Below are positions 48,352 through 57,290 of a stretch of DNA of 64,000 nt, one piece after another. Both the position numbers and the translations under genes were made by a program. Positions within the stretch are counted from its first letter, which is position 1. Each line of letters starts with the position of its first letter. Source of the DNA: an uncultured Gammaproteobacteria bacterium (lineage in GTDB: Bacteria; Patescibacteriota; Patescibacteriia; UBA1558; UBA10009); assembly GCA_964588165.1 (NCBI GenBank), contig CAZPMS010000005.1, positions 3,411 to 67,410 on the forward strand, read 5' to 3'. The notes beneath the pieces are model-generated. The model was not told the DNA's origin, did not search any database, and saw only the letters and a program-made list of their open reading frames with translations.

Positions 48352-48810
48352 ATGGACTTCCTCTTTAAAAACAAAAAAAATATAAAAAAGGGTATCTTTA
48401 CCCTATTTTTATTATTGGTTGCTGTTTCTATGATGCCTATCAATGTCAGTGCCGAAACTGATGTTGCCGATGTTGCCGAAGATTTTTTAACCAACGTAGC
48501 CCAGCAAGGCGGAGTAATCCAAGATCCGCAATCAGCTCCCACGGCAGCCCAACTAATTGGCATAAAAATAAAAACCATTCTTAATTTTGTAGGAGTTATC
48601 TTTTTTATTTTAGTTATTTATGGTGGAATAATCTGGATGACAGCCAGTGGCAATGAAGAACAAGTGCAAAAAGCCGTAAAAATATTCAAAGGGGCAGTTA
48701 TTGGAATTATTGTAGTAATACTTGCCTACCTATTAACTAATTATGTTGTTTTTAAAATATCTGATCTAAACCAAATTAGCGAGCCAACTATTGAAGAAGA
48801 TCCTATATAA
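48352..48810 (+). CDS. Pilin-like array member P3
   Basis: 152 aa. Core VIYGGIIWMTASGNEEQVQKAVKIFKGAVIGIIVVILAY. Confidence 0.75.
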   Translation: MDFLFKNKKNIKKGIFTLFLLLVAVSMMPINVSAETDVADVAEDFLTNVAQQGGVIQDPQSAPTAAQLIGIKIKTILNFVGVIFFILVIYGGIIWMTASGNEEQVQKAVKIFKGAVIGIIVVILAYLLTNYVVFKISDLNQISEPTIEEDPI

Positions 48811-48821
48811 TCCTAAACAAA

Positions 48822-49187
48822 ATGAAAAAAGGTCATAAAATTCTACTAATTCTCACTATGGTAAGCCTGGTTTTTTGCCTGGCAAAATTTTCTTTAGCTG
48901 CAGAAATTGATGATGTAATTACTGACTTGGATAATGTTGCAGGACAGGCTAAAATAAACCAAGAGGTTACAACCTTTGAAATTATAGGTACTTTTATTAA
49001 AACTTTTCTTACTTTTATAGGGGCTATTTTTTTACTGTTAATGGTTTATGGCGGGGTTAAATGGATGATGGCCAGCGGCAACGAAGAGAAGATTAAGCAG
49101 GCTTCTGACCTAATTTCCAAAGCAATTATTGGCCTAATTATCATTATCATGGCTTATTTACTAACTAACTATTTTATTTTTAGATAA
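48822..49187 (+). CDS. Pilin-like array member P4
   Basis: 121 aa. Core MVYGGVKWMMASGNEEKIKQASDLISKAIIGLIIIIMAY. Confidence 0.75.
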   Translation: MKKGHKILLILTMVSLVFCLAKFSLAAEIDDVITDLDNVAGQAKINQEVTTFEIIGTFIKTFLTFIGAIFLLLMVYGGVKWMMASGNEEKIKQASDLISKAIIGLIIIIMAYLLTNYFIFR

Positions 49188-49188
49188 T

Positions 49189-49641
49189 ATGAAAACTATA
49201 AAACTAATTTTGCTTATTTTCGCCATAACAGCCCTCTTAAATCCGCCGCTAATAGCCAATGCGCAAGAAAAGGATTTTGCCTGCCCCTATGATACTTTTG
49301 AGGAATGCCAAGAATGGGCACTAGGGCAAGTTGGTGAAACCAGCGGCTATGGCGAGCCCGGGCCCGTTTCTGAAGAGCTTATTGCCCAAAGAGTTGGCCA
49401 AATTATTAGTCTTGTTTTAGGCTTTTTAGGAGTTATATTTTTATTTTTAATAGTTTACTCTGGCGTCCAATGGATGACAGGCGGTGGTAATGACGAAAGG
49501 ATTACTAAAGCAAAAAAAAGAATGATCCAAGCAGTTATTGGTTTGGCTATTACTGTTTCTGCTTTTGTTTTAACAAACTTTATTATAGATAGGCTTCAGC
49601 CCAATATTACCAATAATATAAATGAAGAAGAGCCCATTTAA
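49189..49641 (+). CDS. Pilin-like array member P5
   Basis: 150 aa. Core IVYSGVQWMTGGGNDERITKAKKRMIQAVIGLAITVSAF. The ectodomain contains CPYDTFEEC. Confidence 0.75.
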   Translation: MKTIKLILLIFAITALLNPPLIANAQEKDFACPYDTFEECQEWALGQVGETSGYGEPGPVSEELIAQRVGQIISLVLGFLGVIFLFLIVYSGVQWMTGGGNDERITKAKKRMIQAVIGLAITVSAFVLTNFIIDRLQPNITNNINEEEPI

Positions 49642-49652
49642 TAAATAAAATT

Positions 49653-50024
49653 ATGAAATTAATATTAAAATCTGCCATAATCTTAATTCTTATTACCTTT
49701 AGTTTTTCTTTGGTTGTACAAGCGCAGGTAAATACTGATTTAGTTAGCGACGCCGCTGGAGGCGCCGGCTTTGATACTAGCCAAAGTGATGAAACTATTG
49801 CCCAAAGAGTAGGTGCTATTATTAGTATAATTCTAAGTTTTGTCGGAACAATCTTCTTTATTTTAGTGATTGTATCCGGCATTCAATGGATGACAGCCGG
49901 CGGCAACGAAGAAAAGGTTACCAAAGCCCGCACCAGATTGGTCCAAGCTTCTATTGGCCTGGCTATTACTGTGGCTGCCTACTTTATCACCTGGTTTATC
50001 AGTAATACCTTAGGGGCAGTTTAA
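49653..50024 (+). CDS. Pilin-like array member P6
   Basis: 123 aa. Core VIVSGIQWMTAGGNEEKVTKARTRLVQASIGLAITVAAY. Confidence 0.75.
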   Translation: MKLILKSAIILILITFSFSLVVQAQVNTDLVSDAAGGAGFDTSQSDETIAQRVGAIISIILSFVGTIFFILVIVSGIQWMTAGGNEEKVTKARTRLVQASIGLAITVAAYFITWFISNTLGAV

Positions 50025-50043
50025 ATAAACTTTAAGGCTATAT

Positions 50044-50709
50044 ATGGATAAAAAACTTCTAAAAAGAGTATTGCTATCTTTAATTATAGGTATTTTTTTA
50101 GTTGGGGGTTCTATTTTTGCCCAAGATATTGGTTTAGGCAACACACTTGATATAGTGGCCGATTCTGCCGGCGTCCAAACCAATGTTACTGATCCAACCC
50201 TGCCAGATACCATTATTGGCGCCATAATTACCTGGGTGTTAGGCTTTATTGGCGTACTATTTTTAAGTTTTATTATTTTTGCCGGCTACCAATGGATGAC
50301 AGCCGGCGGCAATGAGGAAAAAGTGGATAAATCTAAAAAAAGAATTATCAGTTCAGTTATCGGCCTGGCTTTAGTCTTTTTCGCTTTTATAATTTCCAAT
50401 CTTATTTTTGAATTCTTTTATGAACAAACTAACAAACAATATGATCAAGGTCCTGAATATGGCGAAGGCCAAATGATTAGTTGTGAAAATAATTCTGATT
50501 GCCCAATAGACCAGCCAGTTTGTACTGAAAGTGGCATTTGGAAATTCTGCTCTTGCAACAACAATTCTGATTGTATAGGCGTCCCTGGCAAGCCAATCTG
50601 CGGTGAAATTGCCTTAAGAATCAACCGCTGTGTAGAATGTGCCAACGATAATAATTGTGCCGAAGGAGAATATTGCGATTTAACTACTTATACTTGTGAA
50701 GAGGAATAA
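50044..50709 (+). CDS. Pilin-like array member P7 with a Cys-rich C-terminal extension (~12 Cys)
   Basis: 221 aa. Core IIFAGYQWMTAGGNEEKVDKSKKRIISSVIGLALVFFAF, then ...CENNSDCPIDQPVCTESGIWKFCSCNNNSDC... Confidence 0.75.
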   Translation: MDKKLLKRVLLSLIIGIFLVGGSIFAQDIGLGNTLDIVADSAGVQTNVTDPTLPDTIIGAIITWVLGFIGVLFLSFIIFAGYQWMTAGGNEEKVDKSKKRIISSVIGLALVFFAFIISNLIFEFFYEQTNKQYDQGPEYGEGQMISCENNSDCPIDQPVCTESGIWKFCSCNNNSDCIGVPGKPICGEIALRINRCVECANDNNCAEGEYCDLTTYTCEEE

Positions 50710-50713
50710 GTTT

Positions 50714-51601
50714 ATGTTTTATAAAAAAATTACAAAATTTGGCTGGTTAATAATTATTTTGGCTTTTATTTTTTTAATTTCTGCCCAATCTAGCCAAGCT
50801 GCCTTCCAAGATGATAATCAAAATTTTTTAGAGAAAGCTGGCCTTTCAGCCAGTTACAGAACAGCTGAACAAGGACAGGAAGGTTATATAAATCCCATAA
50901 TCGCCAACTCTATTAACACCATAATCGGTTTTATTGGTGTAATTTTTCTACTTTTGGTAATTTATTCCGGTATCCAATGGATGGCCTCTGGAGGAAATGA
51001 AGAAACCATTGCCAAAGCCAGAAAAAGAGTCATTAACGGTACCATCGGGGTAGGCTTAACTTTAGCCGCTTTTATTGTAACCAACTTAGTTTACAATTTC
51101 TTTGATGAAAGATTTCTAAAAGAACCGGGTGCCGGCCCTCAATCACCACCTTATTTTGAAGAAGTAGACTGTGTTACCGATGCCCAATGCTCTGATAGAA
51201 TTGGGCCGATTTCCGGCAATCCTTATCTATGTGATGAGGGTAGAGGTTTTTGTGTGGAGTGTTTGTTTGATGCTGACTGTAATGATTCCAATTATGAATG
51301 TAATACAACCTACGGATTATGTGTTCCCAGAGACGGCTTAAGTTGCAATAGTATTGCTGTAAGAGATTATTGCATTTCTAATGCTGATTGTAGGTGGGAA
51401 ACCGCTCATGGAAATAGAACGGCTTGGGAAGATCAAGAAGGCACCTGTGTATCAATAGATGAATATCTTTGTGATAGCCAATGTTCTAACAATACACCTT
51501 ACTGCCTTGAGGATGAAAACACCTGTGTTAGGTGCACTCAACAAAGTGATTGTGGCTTGATTGGCTGGTGCACGCCTGATAATGAATGTTTCTTTGATTA
51601 A
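50714..51601 (+). CDS. Pilin-like array member P8 with a long Cys-rich C-terminal extension (~24 Cys)
   Basis: About 295 aa from the Met with RBS GAGGAATAAGTTT-ATG (track ORF starts at 50696). Core VIYSGIQWMASGGNEETIAKARKRVINGTIGVGLTLAAF, then repeated C-x-DC / CxxC modules. Confidence 0.75.
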   Translation: MFYKKITKFGWLIIILAFIFLISAQSSQAAFQDDNQNFLEKAGLSASYRTAEQGQEGYINPIIANSINTIIGFIGVIFLLLVIYSGIQWMASGGNEETIAKARKRVINGTIGVGLTLAAFIVTNLVYNFFDERFLKEPGAGPQSPPYFEEVDCVTDAQCSDRIGPISGNPYLCDEGRGFCVECLFDADCNDSNYECNTTYGLCVPRDGLSCNSIAVRDYCISNADCRWETAHGNRTAWEDQEGTCVSIDEYLCDSQCSNNTPYCLEDENTCVRCTQQSDCGLIGWCTPDNECFFD

Positions 51602-51605
51602 TAAT

Positions 51606-51992
51606 ATGAAAAATATCTTAAAAAAAATTACATCTTTAATTTCCATTTGGTTGGTTTTCCCTCTTACTGTTTTAGCGGTCCAGTCTTCTAAAAACAGGCT
51701 GGACGATATTGCACCTTCGGCCGGTTTTGAAACTTCTCCAAATAGCATCCAAGGAATAATTGTAAGCGTTATAACTTATGCCCTGGGTTTTGTTGGAATA
51801 GTATTTTTAATTTTAATGATTTATTCAGGCACCCAATGGATAGCCGCCGGAGGCAACGAAGACATAATTACCAAAGCCAAGAGCAGGTTTAAGCAGGCAG
51901 TTATCGGCTTTGTGGTTATTGGTATTGCTTATGGTCTTACAATTTTAATTGTTAAATTATTAGAAGCTTCTACCTCCAATACTTATTTATAA
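51606..51992 (+). CDS. Pilin-like array member P9
   Basis: 128 aa from the internal Met (track ORF 51561). Core MIYSGTQWIAAGGNEDIITKAKSRFKQAVIGFVVIGIAY. Confidence 0.75.
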   Translation: MKNILKKITSLISIWLVFPLTVLAVQSSKNRLDDIAPSAGFETSPNSIQGIIVSVITYALGFVGIVFLILMIYSGTQWIAAGGNEDIITKAKSRFKQAVIGFVVIGIAYGLTILIVKLLEASTSNTYL

Positions 51993-51993
51993 T

Positions 51994-52593
51994 ATGAATT
52001 TTCTAAAGAAACTAATTATCCCTATAAATATCGCAATAAGTTTTTTAATAAGCAAGGTTGCACTAGCGCAAAATACTGATCCGCTGTCCAGACTGCAAAG
52101 AACGGGCTTGGGCGCCAGCTTACCCGATACCGAGGCCGACCCCCAGAGAATAATTGTTAATATTGTTGTTTATATTTTAGGTTTTGTAGCTATATTTTTC
52201 TTGGGCAGCATTATTTACGCCGGCTACCAATGGATGGCTTCTGGAGGTAACGAAGAAAATATTTCCAAAGCTAAGAATAGGTTAAAAAATTCAATTATTG
52301 GCATAGTTATAATTGTCAGTTCTTATACCGTTACTTTATTTGTTAATGATGCAATATATAAGGCCACTTGCACTGACGGTTATTACTGTCCTCCATCTAG
52401 GCCACAAGAAACTGGTGAGTGCGGCACTGATGCCGACTGTGAAGACTATTTTGGCAGTGATAATTGGGGCTGTAATAAATATAATAGCTGTATGGATAAT
52501 TCTTGCTCTGGCGATAATGCTGATGAATATTGTTATGAAATTTTCAGCGAAGAACATGTTTGCCAAGATAATCGCTGTAGAATTCCCGATTAA
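51994..52593 (+). CDS. Pilin-like array member P10 with a Cys-rich C-terminal extension (~14 Cys)
   Basis: 199 aa. Core IIYAGYQWMASGGNEENISKAKNRLKNSIIGIVIIVSSY, then CTDGYYCPPS...CGTDADCEDY... Confidence 0.75.
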   Translation: MNFLKKLIIPINIAISFLISKVALAQNTDPLSRLQRTGLGASLPDTEADPQRIIVNIVVYILGFVAIFFLGSIIYAGYQWMASGGNEENISKAKNRLKNSIIGIVIIVSSYTVTLFVNDAIYKATCTDGYYCPPSRPQETGECGTDADCEDYFGSDNWGCNKYNSCMDNSCSGDNADEYCYEIFSEEHVCQDNRCRIPD

Positions 52594-52669
52594 TTCCAGT
52601 TATTCAAAAAACAGATTATTTAAATAATTTGTTTTTTTGTTTGAATAAAGCTAAAATATAGTCATATTT

Positions 52670-54673
52670 ATGACAAAAATTACTAATTTCTTCAACAAAA
52701 ACCAAAAAAAGTTTCTTTGGTTCTTTATTATTTTCTATTTTATTGCTTTTTCCCTAATCTGCATTTGGAAATACTACCAGTTTGGCTATAATGGGCTGGA
52801 TCTGGCCATTTTTAACCAAGTTTTTTACAATAGTGCTCAGGGCAACCTATTCCAGTTCACTATCCACCCGGGCCTATATCTAGGCGACCATTTCGCCCTG
52901 ATTATCCCACTACTGCTGCCTTTTTATCTCCCTTTCCAGCACCCAATTAATCTTTTAATCTTACAATCTTTAATCTTAGCTCTCTCGGCCTGGCCAATTT
53001 TTTTAATAGCTAAAAATGTTCTAAGCGCTAAAGTGTGGCCATTAATAATAGCCCTGGCTTGGCTTTTAAATCCTTTTGTCCATAATATAAATTTATTTGA
53101 ATTCCACCTGCTGCCTTTTGCTATTTTCTTTTTACTGTTTACTTTTTATTTTTACCAGAAAAAAAACTTTTTGGCATTTTTATTATTTGGCGTTTTGGCC
53201 TTGCTGGTTAGAGAAGATGTTTCTTTGGTATTTTTTATGTTTTCTATTTTAGCTCTTTTTGAAAGAAGAAAACTAAAATGGATTTTAGCACCAGCTTTAG
53301 TTTCTATTTTATGGTTTTTAATGGCCATTAAATTCACCTCCTACTTTACCCCTTCTGGTAATTACAAATTTTTGTATTACTATTCCTGGTTGGGCCAAAG
53401 CCCTAGTGAAATGTTTATAAACTTTTTCGCCTATCCCCTAAATACCTTAAAGCATGTTTTTTCCTTTAATAATATTTTATTTACTCTAACCATGCTTTTG
53501 CCTTTTACATTTTTGAATTTGATAAAATCCCGTTACTTATTGTTGGCTCTGCCGATTTTTTTACAAATTATTTTAGGTGGCAGTTCTAATTCCACTATTG
53601 CTTTAAAGCTCCACTATACATCTTTATTTCTACCGGCCTTATTTATAAGTTTAATTTATGGCTTAAAACAATTATTAAGTCCGGATAATAACAAACGGCA
53701 TCTTATTTTTTTAAATAAATATAAAAAACTGGTTATAATAATTTTAACAGTAGCAACTGTTTATACTTGCTTAACTTTAGGGCCGGTGGTTCCTTTGGTA
53801 AAAGCCATAGCCAATGCTGATAACTTACAAGAATTTAATCAATTAAGGTCAGAGTTTGTAAAAACTATATCAAAAAATGAAAGCCTGGTTGCCACTTATG
53901 ATTTTTTAACCCCTTTATCGGGCAGAGAAAAAGTTTATTCCCACCATTATACTTTTATTGGTAAAATGCAATTTACTGATATAAACTATCAACCGCCAGA
54001 AGATGTGGAAACCTTTTTAGTTAATTATGATGATTTATTAACCTATGCCGTCCAGTTCCCCAACAGCAGCCAATGGCAAGCTTATTATAAAGAAGGTGAT
54101 AATAATTTAAGAAAATTGATTCAAGAAAGAAACTTAAAAGTTAATAAAATAGCTGACTCTTATGTGCTGCTTACAAAAAACGGCAATCCTGATATAAATT
54201 TATTTCAAAAAGAAAAACAGTTTTCCAACATAAAAAATAAACAAATTACTAATATTGATAACAAAATTGAATTTCTTGGCTGGAGCCCTATTACCAATTA
54301 CTCATTACCAATTACTCATTACCAATTACTCCCAATTTCCCTATACTTTAAGGCTTTAAATGAATTAGATGAAAATTACCAGTTAAAACTTTCTGTAAAA
54401 AATAAAAACGGGCAAATTGTCCATTCCAAACTTTACCCCTTAGCCTACGGCCTTTACCCAACTTCTGACTGGCAAACTAATGAAGTTATTAAAATTAACT
54501 ACTGGTTTTTAATGCCGGAAAAATTACCAAAAGATGATTATATAATTGAACTTGAGCTTTTAAGCTATAAAGGCTATTTAACACTTGATGGCATTAGATC
54601 CACTGTAATAAAAATTACCAAAGAAGAAGTTTTAAAGCCATCCATTCAATTAACTAATTATTTTCACCATTAA
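52670..54673 (+). CDS. DUF2079-like polytopic membrane protein (putative GT-C-type glycosyltransferase)
   Basis: 667 aa. The N-terminal YQFGYNGLDLAIFNQVFYNSAQG motif resembles DUF2079. About 10 TM helices plus a large C-terminal extracellular domain. Contains a 14-nt x3 in-frame repeat. Confidence 0.5.
   Translation: MTKITNFFNKNQKKFLWFFIIFYFIAFSLICIWKYYQFGYNGLDLAIFNQVFYNSAQGNLFQFTIHPGLYLGDHFALIIPLLLPFYLPFQHPINLLILQSLILALSAWPIFLIAKNVLSAKVWPLIIALAWLLNPFVHNINLFEFHLLPFAIFFLLFTFYFYQKKNFLAFLLFGVLALLVREDVSLVFFMFSILALFERRKLKWILAPALVSILWFLMAIKFTSYFTPSGNYKFLYYYSWLGQSPSEMFINFFAYPLNTLKHVFSFNNILFTLTMLLPFTFLNLIKSRYLLLALPIFLQIILGGSSNSTIALKLHYTSLFLPALFISLIYGLKQLLSPDNNKRHLIFLNKYKKLVIIILTVATVYTCLTLGPVVPLVKAIANADNLQEFNQLRSEFVKTISKNESLVATYDFLTPLSGREKVYSHHYTFIGKMQFTDINYQPPEDVETFLVNYDDLLTYAVQFPNSSQWQAYYKEGDNNLRKLIQERNLKVNKIADSYVLLTKNGNPDINLFQKEKQFSNIKNKQITNIDNKIEFLGWSPITNYSLPITHYQLLPISLYFKALNELDENYQLKLSVKNKNGQIVHSKLYPLAYGLYPTSDWQTNEVIKINYWFLMPEKLPKDDYIIELELLSYKGYLTLDGIRSTVIKITKEEVLKPSIQLTNYFHH
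54290..54331. repeat. 14-nt tandem repeat (attaccaattactc)x3. Encodes NYSLPITHYQLLPI, in-frame.
   Basis: Seen directly. Confidence 0.8.
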
Positions 54674-56309
54674 AAATTACTTTAAAGATATTTGCCTTGC
54701 CTTCTTGCCAGACCGGAAGAAGGTAGTTTTTTTCAAATGGATTAAAATCCCCTATTAAATCCTCAAGGTGGCCAAAAAACAGATAGTCTATACCCCCTTG
54801 CTTTAACCATCTCTCTTTTAGATCATCCGCCTGGTTAGTGCTAAAGAAAAAATTATTAACATTATTTTTTTTATCCAGCCAATTGGCAGTTTGGTGGCCA
54901 TGGCCAATATAAACCGTGCGGGCGCTGTAAGCCGGAATGATATTTCCTGTAGCCGGGGCGGCAAGAATTACCTCATTCTTTTCTATGTTTACCTTAAACC
55001 ACTTTATTGCCTGAAAATTTTCCCTAGGAATGTGGATAGGATAACGCTTCCATAAAATTAAAACCATCTCGGCCCCTAAAAAGAAAATGTTTGAACTAAT
55101 TAGTAAAATTAAAATTAATTGAATAAACGCTGACTTGTAACCAAAGCTTTTAAATAATTTTTTTTCATTTAAAAATTTAATAACTACTATTAAACCTACT
55201 ACAGCAATTATTACCATTGGCATGTGCAAGCCATTAGACATTCTTCTTTGAAACTGCACAGGTAAAAAAAGTAAGAACCAGCTCACTACAGACCAGATAG
55301 ATAAAAAGAATAGATATTTATTTTTGCCCTTTAATGTTTTCCTGATAGCTATAATATAAAATATAAATATTAAACCATAACCAATAAAATAATTAATTAT
55401 TTTAGGCGAAAGGGTTACATTTTGGATCAGCCACTCTTTAAAAATCGGGTTAGCAAGCTGTAGCCAAAAAAAATAAAAACCGGCCATAAACCCAAATAGG
55501 CTCAAAATTATTATCTTCAAAAAAATCTTACTAAAAAACTTTTTTAATTTTAAAGATTTAATAATAAACCAAGTACCTATCACTGAAAAAATAATAAATA
55601 AATCGTAAGGGTGGATCAAACCCAGTAATAAAACTAACAAGCCCATTATAATAACTTCTAACAATTTAGACTTAACCAGCCTTTCTATAGTCCACCAAAA
55701 TATAATTAAAATCAAAATTTGGGATAATATAAAAAGCGGCGAATGGCTTATAGTTAAAAATGTATTGGCTTCAGAGGCCCACAAATCTGTACCCACGTGC
55801 TCATATAAATAACTATAATGCCAGTTAGAACTAATGGTAAAAATACCCAAACCAGAACCAAAACATAAAATTAAGAAGCCAATTTTGCGCCATTTAACTT
55901 TAATAAATATTTTTGACAACAATAAATATAATAAAAACAATAAAATAAAGCCGAATACCAGCCTCGCCAAATGAAAAATTATTATAGTAGGCAAGCCAGT
56001 TAATTTAGCTATAAAGCCAAGACTAAACCACAGAGGGGAAAATAATCCGGTATTTTGCAGCTCGGAAGTATAAAGATTCTTTAATAAAAAACTTCCTTGC
56101 CTTGCATCCTCTATCTGAGAAAAATAAACCATCTTATCGGCTCCACCAACAAAGCCCGAACCTGTATAAAATAACTCACTATTACTGCTTAATAAACCAA
56201 ATACCAAGGGTATTGAACTTATCAGCAGAGTTAATAAAATAACCAAATATAAAAATCTTTTTTCTGATTTTTTTAATCTTTTATAAATTTTCTGCCAAAT
56301 TTTTAACAT
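54654..56309 (-). CDS. Polytopic membrane protein, function unknown (possible envelope glycosyltransferase/YfhO-like)
   Basis: 551 aa with about 12 TM helices and a C-terminal soluble domain. No firm family assignment from sequence alone. Confidence 0.45.
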   Translation of the reverse strand: MLKIWQKIYKRLKKSEKRFLYLVILLTLLISSIPLVFGLLSSNSELFYTGSGFVGGADKMVYFSQIEDARQGSFLLKNLYTSELQNTGLFSPLWFSLGFIAKLTGLPTIIIFHLARLVFGFILLFLLYLLLSKIFIKVKWRKIGFLILCFGSGLGIFTISSNWHYSYLYEHVGTDLWASEANTFLTISHSPLFILSQILILIIFWWTIERLVKSKLLEVIIMGLLVLLLGLIHPYDLFIIFSVIGTWFIIKSLKLKKFFSKIFLKIIILSLFGFMAGFYFFWLQLANPIFKEWLIQNVTLSPKIINYFIGYGLIFIFYIIAIRKTLKGKNKYLFFLSIWSVVSWFLLFLPVQFQRRMSNGLHMPMVIIAVVGLIVVIKFLNEKKLFKSFGYKSAFIQLILILLISSNIFFLGAEMVLILWKRYPIHIPRENFQAIKWFKVNIEKNEVILAAPATGNIIPAYSARTVYIGHGHQTANWLDKKNNVNNFFFSTNQADDLKERWLKQGGIDYLFFGHLEDLIGDFNPFEKNYLLPVWQEGKANIFKVIFNGENN

Positions 56310-56312
56310 TCT

Positions 56313-57290
56313 TTATTTTTTTAAATATTTATACCACTTATCAACTATTTTCTTGCCAAGCCAAATTCCTAAAACAGCCACAAGCAAGCCCCCGACCCAA
56401 TCAATTAAATAATGCCATCTTAAATAGAGGGTGGCCATCCATAATAAAAGGACTAATGGAATATGCAGATAGTAAAAATACTTAAAGAACCTTTCTTTTC
56501 TTAAATATTTCCAAGCTAAAAACAGCCACACAAACGTTATACCAAAATGCAAGCTAGGAAAACAATGAAAATATCCTCTAGAAAAAGTATAGGCTGAAGA
56601 TAAATCATCAGATTGAATGTAGGGCTGACAGTTTGATAAAACTAAATCTTTATTAAAAAGATCCTGCTGATACAAAATTGGCCCCAAGCAAGGAACCAAG
56701 ATGTATCCGACTAAACCTAAATAGCAGGCAATAATCACAGAGGTTAAAACAGTATCAAAAACTTTTTTACCTTTAACCAAAAAATAAATCATTGGATCTA
56801 CGAGAAAAAAAACAAAATACAGATTATATGACCAAGCCATAAGATCAGTTAATTTAGGATGAATTATTTTTTCAAACAATAGGGCAATATCATTACCCAA
56901 AAGCATAAAGCGGTCAATCACAACTAAAAAATAATCAAATTCATAACTGTTTATAAGATGGGTGATATCATGAATAGAATCATAAATATATAGAAAAATA
57001 AAAAAAGGTATGGCTTTAATAAAAAATTCAAAAGTTAGTTTAGCGGAAAGCCCTAATAACTGCTTAATTGATGACCATTTATTGGTTTTAAAAATTATCT
57101 GGTAATTAAAAGCCATGCCAAAAAATCCAATTACTCCATAAACTAATATTAAAAAAATGTAGGTATCTCTTGCCCTCCTTAAGGGCAGGCCATAATAGTT
57201 ATATAATAGAATAATAGATATCAAAGCAATAAAGCTCACCCAAAAAATCGGTGAAAAATATTTTTTAACTATATTTTTTACTTTAATCAT
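56313..57290 (-). CDS. PAP2-superfamily membrane protein (lipid phosphatase / phosphotransferase-like)
   Basis: PAP2 motifs C2 (FPSLHFG) and C3 (RWHYLIDWVGG) are in the expected spacing. Confidence 0.55.
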   Translation of the reverse strand: MIKVKNIVKKYFSPIFWVSFIALISIILLYNYYGLPLRRARDTYIFLILVYGVIGFFGMAFNYQIIFKTNKWSSIKQLLGLSAKLTFEFFIKAIPFFIFLYIYDSIHDITHLINSYEFDYFLVVIDRFMLLGNDIALLFEKIIHPKLTDLMAWSYNLYFVFFLVDPMIYFLVKGKKVFDTVLTSVIIACYLGLVGYILVPCLGPILYQQDLFNKDLVLSNCQPYIQSDDLSSAYTFSRGYFHCFPSLHFGITFVWLFLAWKYLRKERFFKYFYYLHIPLVLLLWMATLYLRWHYLIDWVGGLLVAVLGIWLGKKIVDKWYKYLKK

